Positions 52,101-64,000 of a stretch of 64,000 nucleotides of DNA are shown piece after piece. A program made the translations under genes and the position numbers. Source of the DNA: Marsupella aquatica (lineage: Eukaryota > Plantae > Marchantiophyta); the NCBI GenBank assembly GCA_973895155.1, contig OZ316894.1, positions 10,092,379-10,156,378 on the forward strand, given 5' to 3'. Below the pieces are notes generated by a model. The model made no database searches. It was not told the origin of the DNA and saw only the letters and a program-made list of their open reading frames with translations. Position 1 is the stretch's first letter. Every line of letters begins with the position of its first letter.

Positions 52101-55100
52101 ATTGCAGAGTATACATTTAAGATTGTAGCAAGAAAGCCCAGATGCAGAGGTACTTATGATTGCAGCAAGAACTAGAAGAAGTTGCATGAGGGCACACACA
52201 CGTCCTTTGGCAAAAGATTATAATATATATTAGGTTAATGGGGCTTAGAAAGGCAAGGAGAGACCAGAGGTCAATCAGGCATGAGGCACTACTCACAGAC
52301 ACTTTGCCATTCACACCTCACTTTGGGCCACGGAAATGGCTGATCGAGATAGTGTACTTTGGAAGGCTTGCAGTGGAGTAACATGTGTTTGGAGCAATTG
52401 CTACAATAGCTTTGCTTGTTACGTGTCTTAACATGTATCAGGTGATTGTAATCGAGTATGAGTGTACAGGGAATAGTCCGAATTAACCAGAAGTGATCTT
52501 TCAACTTTGATAAGCGTGGATTGCAGTTTCTGAGTAAAGGATTTGGATCACTTTCCACGTCCTTCTCTGCTGAAGCAGCAATCATTGTTGAGAATGGAGG
52601 GACCAACTTTTTTCACTTTCTCACTTTCGTATAATAGTACTGTAGCTGGGTATTGTAAGAATGCAACCACTCCTCGGCTTCAAACTCTCGAACAATTTTG
52701 CCACTAAATCTCCAGCTGGAGGAATTCTACGGCTTCGCTAGACGTACCTAGGCAAGACACCTCTCCCACGGCTTTACGTCGGTGATTCAGCTCAAGGTAT
52801 GGACCCATTCAATGGTAAGGAGGGTAAGTTTGCAATCTAGTGTGGAATTTATGTAGTAGGTTGATCAATGTCAAGCATGCAAGAGAATATTACTGATTTA
52901 CTGAACTATTTCAGAAGGTCCACTGATTTGTACATTAAGTACTTTAATTGCGTGGGTTGACAAGCTCGTATTCAAATCTGGAAATTGTTACATCTTTCAA
53001 TGTTCTGCATGGAACGAATCACAGCAGGTATCATTGTTTCGTTTTGATTTACAAATCTTATCAGTACAGGGCGATCAAAATCTACTTTTCAGGGCTACCC
53101 AGACTTTATGGACAATTGAAAGTGCAACCAGATGAGAAGAAAAGGAATGAAAACATTTTATTTTGGTCTCGTCTCTATTCAAGCTCAAGGAACTCTTAAT
53201 GAGGTTACTTTGATGAAATCTAACATCTTTGAGTGCATGTTTTCCCTTGGGTATATACTATATACCTTTCTTTCAGGTTCTTTGTCGCCACTCCTGTTTA
53301 GGGCCTTGCTGAGTTGCATCCTTCATTGTCATCTTCGGTTTATACATCGACTGCCTAGTTGACAATGTCTAGTTGTACGAGAAGCGAATGTACGAAGTAC
53401 AGACACAGCAAATTATAATATGAAGATTTCTACTAGGATGTGACTTTCTCATATCGGGTATTCCGTAGACACTAGCTGTAGACTTCAACGCCCAAGTCTG
53501 ACTAGCTTCATGATAATGAGCAAGGTGCAGGAGGTGGGGCCGCGCGTGGAGCTGCTGGAGTGCATTCATTAATACCCACACGTCGACATGTCCATAGGCA
53601 ACGATATAAAATTCATCCCAATTGGCATGTGAATCGACACCAGCCAGCTGAGCATGAACTTATCTGCAACCTTCTCGAGAACAATGGAAAAATACCCCAG
53701 AAACCTAGACGAGCAGCGATTCGTGTAAAGTTTCATTTAATTGGAGGCGAACATTCTTGTGGAGGATTTCAGTTGTAGATCGTGAACGTCGGCATGAGAA
53801 TAACTTGTGTACCTTTTACCGCCTCGAAAATATCCAAGCTACAATCACTGGCCAGGGAAGAGGTATGTTAGGTTTACGTGTAGGATTGAAATCGGTCATT
53901 GGTTCGAGGAAAAACGACCACGTTCTGAAATATCTTTACTACTACTTCGAACAAAATCACGATTTCGTAGAACAGTAGTCATCATTTCTTGAGGTCCACC
54001 TTCACAATTACAACGCTGAATCGGAAGGCCGATTGGGACACACCAAATAGGTGACGAGTTCACTCGTCGGTGTGATATCGAAGGAAAGACATAATCAATT
54101 CAGATACGTTTCCTTGCTCAAAAAACGCTGCTACTCGGACATCCCAGCTGGCACAACCAGGATTTGATGAACTGGATGTCGTGAATGTTGCCGTCATGGA
54201 GGAGTTTAGCTTGACTGCGTAAAGAGGTTTGAATGACTTCGTCCCGAGAGACTTGACGTAAAGCTACACCGGGATAATTGAATCGAGAAATAACTTAAAC
54301 CCAAAAACTACATCCGTTTTTTAGTTTAAATGTATATCCTGTCAATTGAGCTCGATAACTCATACGGAGTGCGCTCCACGCTTTCCATTTGAAACGTGGG
54401 CATCGAATTTTGCAGTGCAGCAAATTAAAATATATACTTCTGTCATCCTCCGAAGAAGCTTGTCCAGGATGTGAGGTACTCTGGTTCACGTTGGGGGAAA
54501 CGATAGTGGAGTCGCAAATGGGGTAACAAGCGGCTGCCGTAAAGCTAAGACTACACCTTCTGCAGAGCGTTAACCAAGGTCAAAATCATTGCACGATTTG
54601 TCGACCTGTTATTGACGTCAAATGTATAATTTCTGCGCTATTTCGAATCATGTTGTGAGGACGGAGATCGTGGCGAGGGAACGTCAAAAGTTCGCCGATT
54701 TCCTGGCCATCTGGTTGCGCCATTGATTGGCTGTTTACAAGATTTCTTTTTGATGGTTGGGCTCCTTCAACTGCTTCTTCCTCCATGCAAAAAGCCTGCC
54801 TTCGGCCGGGCTACCTCATGACAAGGCTACACAGGTGTTGCAAAGGGCCTGCCTGCAATATAATTAGCCACCCTAGGCACATTGAGCTACACTATAGCTT
54901 ACAAGGTCCTACTGCCGAGCTGCAGAATTATATTTACATAATTAATTATATGCACACAAATATCCTCCAGCTCAGGTTGACGCTGCCATTAGACATGTGT
55001 TCCGATTTTCGAATGGGTACTCGACAGATCCCAAGTTGCGAGTACTACAGCATGTGCTTGCATTGCGTGCTGGTTATTAGTCATTTATTGTGAGTTTCTT

Positions 55101-58100
55101 TCGTGCCCAAAGAAACAAAAAGAAAATGCGAGTGCCAGCAGATTCCAATTGCACTCTGCCAGTAAAATCAGTATGCGGCAGTTTGGGAACTGAGAAATGA
55201 TTTCTGGTGGGTTTACTATACGAGAGATTTTCCGGCCAGTTGTGCAGGTTTTTAAATATTTGAACGTGGACAAGATCTCGTATGATTTCCCAATACGCTC
55301 AGTCTAGTCCTAGGTCCAGATTCTAGAAGCTCAACGCAGATGAACAGGCGATATGATCAAATCATGTCGTTGCGGAAGTGGGCTCATGGGCTGCTGTCTA
55401 GATATGGCAGTGACAAACAACCGACCGGGAGCACGACCCAAAGTACAAGACCACTGCTCATTGGGCTAGCAGTAAATGCTGTGGGGGCATCGTATACCAG
55501 TAATCTGTGCCAGGCATAGTGGAACATGAAGTTACGTCATGTCTTATGTAGGTGTACTTGTTGCCGACGTCCAGACCAGAAGAGATTCGGCGCATTTCTG
55601 CTACACAACCTGGCACTGAGATTTTTCTGACCGACTGAGATCCGAGTCATGTCCTTACTACTACTACTACTCAATCTACTCGTCTTTGTATGGCAACCCT
55701 GGCTGGTTTCAGAGTCGCGAGATCAATAGTGCTATACTCGGGCTCTACACCGAACCCCGATCACGCCCAGTAGAGACCGACTTGTTTCTAAATGGTTACT
55801 TAGTGAGCTTGGTAGTGGGGATTGGGAGACACTTCTCCAGGACTTAATCTGATATTCAACGTGAATATGCATTCCCCTGAATCTCTAAAGTGACATCCCC
55901 TGAGAACGAGAACGGAGAATTTTCCCAGACGACTCGGGGAAGCTTCAACAGCAATAGCACACACGAAGCATCACGCGAGCTTCGCTTACTTGCAACATAC
56001 CCCTCCTCTAGTCCATGCAATACACACCGCTTGCAGCTTACGTGAGTGTTCGGTCTCTTCTTGCTTGGATATGTGAAGATGCTGGTGGTGAGAAATCTCC
56101 ATATGCAGTTGATCCACAGCAATTTGAGACGGATCACAAAAGCGATGTCACGGGTCACACTGAAAATTAGGTCCTCGTAAGTTCTGGTTGTGTGGTTGGT
56201 AAAACTGCGTCCTACTCAGCCCATTTCTAACACGTTACACCAGTAACAATTTTGTGGAAGAGGGAGGAGACTCGCATCCGGTTCCAACATTGAAATTGCT
56301 CTTCCATTGAAGGGAGTTATTGACCTTCACATTCGACCCCTCGTAATTAAAAGTGCCTCTTTTCTGAACAGCCTGCAAGAGAGTGTAAAAACTCTCGTGA
56401 TGGAGACCAGCAGAGTCTTGCTTTCATGTGCGTATGATTAATATCCTGGCCTGCGGGGCAACTCCCTGCCAGAAACAATCTTGACTCGTCCAAGTCTGAT
56501 AGTTTTAGCCAGCCTGCCCTTGCAGACGGTGCTTCGCCAAGTTCTTTCCTAGCTGTTTATCTGAGCGGGAGGCAGAACTTGCGTATGGTATATGTCTTGA
56601 CAACTTACTGTATGTGCAACGAAGTGGACTCGGTATTGAACTGATCGGCATCGCTCCGAAGTTGCCCAGACAACAGTACACAGTCGGATCACTTTACCAC
56701 GGATGTCTCGTCCAAGCCTCGATCAAATTTGGCTCATGAGTTGTAATTAGTTTAATATCGTGGATTCTTTCTTAATTTCTGAGCACTGGACCATAGTTTG
56801 TCGATGATCTGTCTTGCATGTCACAGGAAATAACTCTTCATTAGACCTTGATCAAACTTTACAACAGACGAAGGTAAACCTCTACGCTTCTGTTGTTCAA
56901 ATTCTAGACTGCTGCATCGAAGTCCTGTGGAGATTAGAAACGAGGAATGATGTATATTGAGCTAATTTATTGTAAACTCTCCTTATTGTACTCAGTCCTA
57001 GCTCCAGGGAGAAGAACTACTGTAGTTCCACGCGTGAAGTCTAAAACAGGTTCCAAGTAACGTACTACCCAAATTTGTGAAGAGACGTAAGGACTTCGAA
57101 CAGAAAATACAAATAAAGAAGCCTCGTTGGCCACATGATCCAAGATCTAAGCAACTTGAGATCTAAGCAACTTGCTTAAATCGTGATGTAATATACTGAA
57201 GCAATAAATAAATTCGTCCAGAAGCCAATTTTGATTTAGCTACTGTAGCTCCGTTTTTTTCTGACCATATCAATTGGCCGCTTTGCCCGTTCTTCGCGAA
57301 TTGTTGCAGCTAAATAATCGGACGGCGCACTTGGTGGAGCGAATGATAATTGATCAGATAATCACGGTCTGCTGGTCAAGATTTCTGGCCTGCTGGTCAG
57401 TTTTTTGGTCTGCTGATCAAGTCTGCTTGTCTGCTGGTCGAGTCTGAACGCTTTAATCAGCCACCTCTGATCTGGCAACTGAAATAGCCTCGATAGGTCT
57501 TAGGTCGATGAGTAGCTGCCCCGGTAGCTGCATCATGAGGACGCCACTCTTTAGTCGCATTCATCCCCACGGCAGTGAATCATTTCTATCTGCACAATTG
57601 TCTGACGTTCGGCTGTGCGTTCCTTGTGCATGGTTCCCACAGAAGCCTGATGGTACCTGGCTCGACCTCAAGCTTATGAGCACAGGTTGGTTGGAAAATG
57701 CATGCTTCTCTTAGAAATCCTTGTGGAAAATCCAGATCTTATTCCTTCAGTACTTGATTCTCTGTCCACAGGAACATAATTGTTTAGAGCGACCGGGATC
57801 CATGAGGTGTGATCAATCTCCAACGTAGTAGACTAGACTGAGATTATCAAGTTGAGATGCAAGCTAGGGTCCCACATACTTGGGAGACTGGGCCGGTGAA
57901 GATGCTACGAAGGAAGGCTGGTATTGCAAATGAAATCAGAATCACCGAAGCCGTAAAGGTACCCAGACCACCAGCAGTAGGAGAGGAGGGTATTGATTAC
58001 CTAGCTGAAATCTCGCTTGCAGTGCAGAGTTGCAGACAACGCACGGCTGCAATATTCACTCTGTTACCGACAAGAGGGCAGTGGCAGCAGCCTGGCGGCC

Positions 58101-60800
58101 AACCGGCAGGCTCTTGCAGGTGAGAGCCGCAATAGCAGCTGTTCGCGTTCGTACTCAATATCTGCAGTATGAACACCTTCCTGTAGCTACAGTAGTCACC
58201 ATTATTGTCCGGATGACTCAGATATGAAAGCATGACACCAACTGGAAGACCAACTGGAAGGAACAGGGGAAAAAAATTGGAAAAAGGCCCCCTCCCAACT
58301 CCCTCGGGCCCCCCCTCCCTCTGCCTCCTTCTCCAGGCACAGAACCAATTTATGTGGACGATTTTGTTGCTCATGAAGACCTGGCTCGCGTTGCTACGGT
58401 CATTTGGACGACCACGGAGTTTGTCAGCACGATTGTTCAATGGCGAGAGAATGATTCTTAACTGGTTGCTTACAAAACTGTTTCTTTAGAATTGTTTTGA
58501 ATATGTTCAAACTTTTGGGCCGATCATCTGCTTTCTGTTCCTTCACTTCGATCATGTGCTTCTGGCAAAATCTGTTGCATGCACGGACTTGCCTGTTTCC
58601 TAAAAAGATCTCGCCAGCACAAGGTGACCACCCTGCATGCGTTTTGTTGAATGAAAGAATTCGTGGCGCAGAACGTAATCGTGCAGAAGTAGAAGAGGTA
58701 ATCGTGCTGCAAAATAAATCTGTTCACCAGAACTGAACTGACTGGTCAAGTTCGCCTAAGACGCGACGGCCAGTACTTATAATGACATCGAATCGTGCCA
58801 GCCAACAAGAAAGCCCGTTGAAGAGGTTATCGTGCTGCAAGATGGATCTATCCACCAAAAACTGAGTTGATTTTATCACCTAAGCTTCGAAGGCCAGTAA
58901 TGACATTAAAGTCGTGCGAGCCAACAACGAAAGCCTGTTCCAACCATACAGTCATGGAGCATGACCCAGCCCCAAGAACTTTGTCAATTGGGGAGAATAT
59001 CAACCTTCTTATTGAAAGGAATTCAGGGTAACAGATCATGACCTGCCAACAAAGGCATGTAATATTCGTTCATGCCAGTCGCAGGCAGGAAGCTTTTTCA
59101 ATCTACTCAGTTTGGATTGAGAGAATGGAATGGAAGAGTATTGTAATATGCTTAACAGTGTGAGTGCGAATCGCGAATCTTGTTGAATCGAATTTCCTGA
59201 TTTGCACTAATGTTTTTCTCATAGAAATTCCTGTCGTCTCTCGTTAGCTCCCTACTATTGTTCCAAAATCATTGTTCGCGCTATAAGCACAGTTCGAATC
59301 TTATCTTGGCATGAGTCAGGTCTATGGCTTGGAGGCTCAATCTAAAAGAGACTGCTCGGAGAAAACTCCACACTCGAGGATCTCGATTTACCGATATGGG
59401 GCATGATCCATGTAAAACCGAGTGCAATAGATTGCTGCGTAAAGGGTGGGGTCACCGTGGGGAGCCCCCCAACAGCAAGTCAATGTCCTAACTGTGGCGA
59501 ATGAAGCCCGGTGGCACTCATTGACATTTCTCATGGCAGAGTGTCCAGTTCAAGGCTCAGTCTTCATCCACATCACCCCGTGCATTGTGGGCACTGTTGG
59601 TGCTTCCCCATTTGGTATGAAGCAATGGGCACGCATCATCAATGTTGTTGCCGGACAGTACCATGATCGTCGGGCCCAGCTCCTTTCGGTCTCTACAACC
59701 AGTGGTCGATCACAATCTTTTCTTTGTGTCGGATCCGTAGTGAAGCGGTTCTCTGGGTACTGAGGCTCGCATGTGCATCAATTCATCTGAATTTTGTTTT
59801 CGGTGTCAGTGCATTGCCACTACCATAAACTAAACTGGTGAAAGTGCTCTGACTAGCGGGGCCAGGCTATTATTTCCTATATGTGGCTGTGGCGAATTCA
59901 AAGATACCCAGGAACCAAGGTTGCGTGATCTGGTAGAAGATTGTAACGAGAAATGTTATACAAAGAAAGCTCCAGTGTTACTGTACAAATGCAACATGAA
60001 ATCAGGGGAGCGATCACCTTTGCCCTGCAAAAGGCTTCATGATCATGAATTCATAGACCAATGGACCATTTAAATTAAGAATAATGTACGAGCAGACAAG
60101 GACCTGACACTACCCAAGGCATCCAGTGTGGGACCGGAGTGAGTTGCCATCAATGCCAGATTCGAGAGAGATCGCATGCGAGATATACGGTAAATGGCTC
60201 TGCAGTTTATTTGGTCTCTCAATTTGCGGCAAAACAATTGAGCTGTGAATGTGGTTCATGATCGTGAAGCACGATATATAGAGAGGATCGACAGAAAAAT
60301 GTCGGTGAATCCTTCCTAAGGTGGTTTACATAGATCCAATCGTGTCCACTAAACTTGCTTCAGCTAAACCATGACCAAAGCTAAGCCCAGGCTCTGCTGC
60401 CCGCTTTCAATGCACGGACACACAACGGGTCTTTTAAAATTCCTTCTAGATCTTATCCACATGAAGTAGCCGATGTCCAGTACTCAATCCTCATCAAACA
60501 TCCTCAAGAAATTGCGCCTGATTCCACATCAATATAGCCATCCTACTCGAACCTCTGCCATGCTACCCATTTTTACCTCGAACAGTTCAGAGAATTCCAT
60601 CCAATGTTTCATCCAATGAAACTGCTTAGAACACGGCAGTACCAGTACATACTCCAAACGAAATTCGGGAAGCGGTTGAAGAAAGCTTGGGGAGTATCTT
60701 ACTGTTAGTATTTTCATGTAGAGGTTGGAAGAAACTAGCACTTGGAGAGTACCACATGGCATATTATTGAGCTAGGATTGGGCGTGGTTAAAAGTGTTGC
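49150..60800 (-). pseudogene. Heavily decayed ABCC/MRP ABC-transporter gene (near full length, interrupted by ~50450-52600)
   Basis: Motifs occur in the correct order on the minus strand: lasso SKQFHWMKHWM (~60630); VRTRTAAIAALTCKSL and GNRVNIAAV (~58150-58040); NBD1 AIAVEASPSRLGKFSVL (~55950), DMTRISVGQKNLS, SGRRQQVHL, LLVYDAPTAF (~55490), RLFVT..Q..LPQ.HDLII (~55420); TMD2 LPWPVIVAW, FYIVAYG, ALQQLH, IVREFEAEE; NBD2 TRAGASQNFVVFRIL (~49850), FHAARNLRR, TSIAFDVHDSL, TIA..CDR (~49290). There are many stops and frameshifts. Confidence 0.75.
57364..57446. repeat. Short tandem repeat, ~20-bp unit (gtctgctggtcaag), ~4 copies
   Basis: ctgctg(g/a)tc recurs at ~20-bp spacing. Confidence 0.7.
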
Positions 60801-61781
60801 TCAGACTAGAGTGAGACCTCCGGACTTTGTAATAATGGACCATGGGGGTGGTCCTGCCAGCCCTGCTCTTGTAGTGTCAATTTTGATGGCAATCTTCCGT
60901 TACGTGAATTCCAATTTTCCTGCTAATCCTTAATCTCATATTTTTCATTCTAATTTTTCCTATGTTTTTCCTTAATTGGTACAGTACGTAGTTTCCACAT
61001 CTTACGAGAATCCTCTCCAGGTCAGTTTCATGTGCATTCTCCCCTGTAGTCACGGTGTGGTCCCAGTTGTATGACATGTCCCCGAAAATTTGACGACAAG
61101 AACAATTTTTTTGTTTCTGTCAAAGAATATAGTTACAAATTGGGGTGACCATTCTTCTCTGTATCGTGCCAATTGTCTGTCTAGTCTTCTTCACTTAGCC
61201 ATTCAAATTTCCGTGCTTACATTTGCTGTAGCGCTCATGATCTCTGTTAAGTTCTCGTCGTCATCTAAAGGGCACAGCCCAAAAGAAACTAACGACAATA
61301 GATACCTTCTGCTTTCATCAAATGGAACTTCCCATTGGGTTAGCTGTCAAAGGTATGCACGAACCAACTTCTTTGTTAGAGTGAAAGGAGCTCGTTGGTT
61401 AGATACATCCACCTGACAGAGGATAGGAGAAGATCAGACCCTGCATACACCCGCATGTCACGGAGCTGCCGCCACACTTTCAAAACTTCATCGGCAGTGC
61501 GGTCTGACCACGTCAGTTTAAGGAATCAGTTGCATACGAACGTCGAGCATCGGATAGAAATTATCCTTCACACATGTACCCATAGTTTGACAGCATTATT
61601 GCGTTTAGATTCAGCGTGGTTCTTCTGTACTAAGTGTTATTCCTTTTAGAGAGACTTTCAAAGGCCGGAGAGCTTAACTGTTTTGATTGACAAAGACAGA
61701 CAACTCGTCCTCCTCGGGAAATGTTTTAAACATTGAGCTAACCTCAAGGCACGGAAGATCTCAGTTGACAGTGAAATAAAC

Positions 61782-61918
61782 ACAGGATCGCAGGCTCTAT
61801 AATGTTGGAGATCTAAAGCTGTACAATCAGTTCTCATCTTCACTACGAAATGAAGACAGGATCACAGGCTCTATTATGTTGGAGAGTAGAGCTGTCGAAT
61901 CAGATCTTATCTTGACTA
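61782..61918. repeat. Tandem duplication, 2 x ~74 bp
   Basis: acaggatc.caggctctat.atgttggaga...agctgt..aatcag.tct.atctt occurs twice. Confidence 0.8.
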
Positions 61919-62199
61919 TTGGTTCTCCCATCCCAAGCCCAGAGCATTGACAGAACTTAGCATAAGAATTACCCTTAGCTAAGCATTAGCGGGGCAATAA
62001 GTCCATAACAACTTAGCTTACATAGTTAGATTCTACCTATAATCTCCTCGAATGATGGCAGTACCAATCTGTCGTAAAGAACTTTTGCTTAGTTTCCTTT
62101 TAGCCCTTAGAACTCCTGTATTGATTACCACCGATAGATCTCGTACGAGTCACCTGCAGGACCCCAATGGGCATATAATTGGTGAAATTGAAAATATGC

Positions 62200-63900
62200 T
62201 TAAACTATTAACAGGAAGGGTCATTGATAAGCTCCCCGGGCACCCTACGCAAGGTGTGTGACTCTCCGTCCGTAGTTCGGGTTTCAGATCCGATCCTGTT
62301 ACAGTGGATGACTAAACAGTTTGAGGATGCTGAATACCAATCTTATTTCACGACGAGGAAAATAGATGAACAATGTAAAATAGCCACCCAGTAAGAGACA
62401 ATCTCTAGCTGCTCAAATTATGTGTAAATTGCCCGTCTGCCTCGAGGGCAGACACTGAGTTAGAAGGGCCGTCTACTCTGCTTCCTTACCAAATGATTAT
62501 TCAGTTTTCAGGTATGTAGCATGCAAATAATGTAAAAAGATTTTTGTTGACCCCTTGCGAATATATCGCAGTAGGTAACATAGATGCTGCAGATCCAGAA
62601 AAGGGAAGAGAGCACTAACAAACCAGAGTCTGCAATGAACTTATCCCGGAGGAAAGCAACCTAAGACGGAAGAACCATGTAGAATTGAGTTGAGTTTATT
62701 AATCAAGTCCGATCGTATAAAGACACGAGATTCCACTGCCATATCACGAAGCACCCTTGATTGATGCCCCACAAAGAGTTGCCTTTGTATGATGAAAATT
62801 CTCGTTACAATGATGGTTATCTCAACCTTCGGAATTTTGAAGCAGCAGTAGAAGCAACAACCGATGGCAGCGACGGATTTCGCTTAAGCGTTCGAACAAG
62901 TGTTGTTCTAACTCAGCTTAAGGCACCTCTGTCTGCGCTCAATGCTCGAGAGAAGGGGGGAAATTAGAATTCATACATTCGCAATTGCCTTTGTCAGAAC
63001 TCACCCGCAGCAATTACAGTGAAGTAAGGTACAGTAGTATAAACCCAAACTCGAGAAGCGAGCAAGCCCGCTTGACTGGCCCCAGGTAACAATGGGAACT
63101 TGGAGAATGCGGAGGTGACCGAATCAAGGACAGCTGCGTTTAAATTGTTTCACACATAACAAAGTAAGTGATAATTGGGGAATGCACATATAATCTCATT
63201 GGTGCCACGACGAATGGAAAAGATTACCATGAAAGAATAGACTGGTTAACTCTTACCCTGTGGACCATGATGACCTATGAGAATGAATGAACGACGACAC
63301 TGAGGGAGAGCTCTTCCAACATGGCCACTTCTAATCCCGTCAACAAACTTGCTCCAAAATAACCAACAGTTAGGGTCAACACCTCCTCTAACAACAAAGA
63401 ATACATCGTCTGACCTAAAAGCCTCTATTATTAGCACAACTTTCAAGTCAGACCCCTAGATGCATGAAAATACGGCATACTACAAAAGCATCTCTAAAAA
63501 ACGAGTGGGCAAAAGTGCATCCATAAAGGCTTCAACGACTCACACAGATCCTTTAATCAATATAGTGGGTTCAGCTCAGTAACCAGCTTTGGACCAGCAG
63601 ATCAAACTCCCCACAATACATACCATCGAACCCGTAACACTACCGCCTCCATTCCTCACTAGGATGAATTCATTTCTACAAAGAGGGTCGAATGAATTGC
63701 GGCTATCAGTATTGTTATAGATCCTGACTAAACAGAGAGGCATTTCCCGGCATAAGTTAATGTTCTTGTAATTCAGGAGATCGATGCGTCTGGGTTTCGT
63801 AAGGGTCTGTACTAACATGGATAAGGGCCTGGACATGCTTTGGGTGTCCCACTGCTCACTGAGATGTTGCTATTAGCGACACCTTCCTCGACCCAACCTC
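62200..63900 (-). pseudogene. Decayed DEG1-like HtrA/Deg serine protease gene (trypsin + PDZ)
   Basis: Colinear minus-strand remnants: KPRRIDLLNYKNINLCREMPLCLVRIYN..RNSF (cf. PKKLQTDELATVRLFQENTPSVVYITN..QDAF); GSLICWSKAGY* (cf. GSGFVWDKQGH); SDLKVVL (cf. SDLRVTL); SFILIGHHG (cf. FAIGNPFG); IVTWGQSSGLAR (cf. LTTGVISGLRR); VLTKAIAN/NSNFPLL (cf. IQTDAAINPGNSGGPLL); SVLGCFPP and CLLLGGYFT (PDZ). The catalytic motifs are disrupted. Confidence 0.7.
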
Positions 63901-64000
63901 TTCGGAAACTCGGCATGCTCCTCGTCATCGACTCAATCCTCGACTTCTGTACGTAATAGGTGATGAAAATGACTAGTTACATCCTCGACTACTGTACTCT

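Noticed and set aside
57997-58440. 147-aa ORF as a standalone gene
   Set aside because: It is a chance open frame crossing ABCC relic sequence, whose motifs switch frames within it.

Overview
Eukaryotic land-plant nuclear DNA with spliceosomal GT-AG introns and TTTAGGG telo-boxes; a bryophyte or liverwort-like source is an inference. Two genes are intact. NOC4 (15 exons, 2620-7874, +) splices in frame to about 689 aa. A SAC51/SACL-family bHLH (ORF to 48494, +) sits behind a ~2.4 kb uORF-rich leader that contains a 234-bp tandem duplication and what look like frameshifted relics of the thermospermine-responsive conserved uORF. The ORF track misses several heavily decayed, intron-bearing gene relics: CHUP1-like (+, ~10.8-13.5 kb), a possible class-1 KNOX (-, ~20.9-22.6 kb), a near full-length ABCC/MRP transporter (-, ~49.2-61 kb) and a DEG1-like HtrA protease (-, ~62.2-64 kb). 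Mobile elements include a hAT MITE, two Mutator-like MITEs, a tRNA-derived SINE, a 3-kb satellite-laden non-autonomous Helitron, a truncated CRE/REL-type non-LTR element and a dispersed repeat family. Several CpG-rich islands upstream of SACL may be cis-regulatory. All family assignments are motif recognition by eye from recalled consensus sequences; no searches were run.
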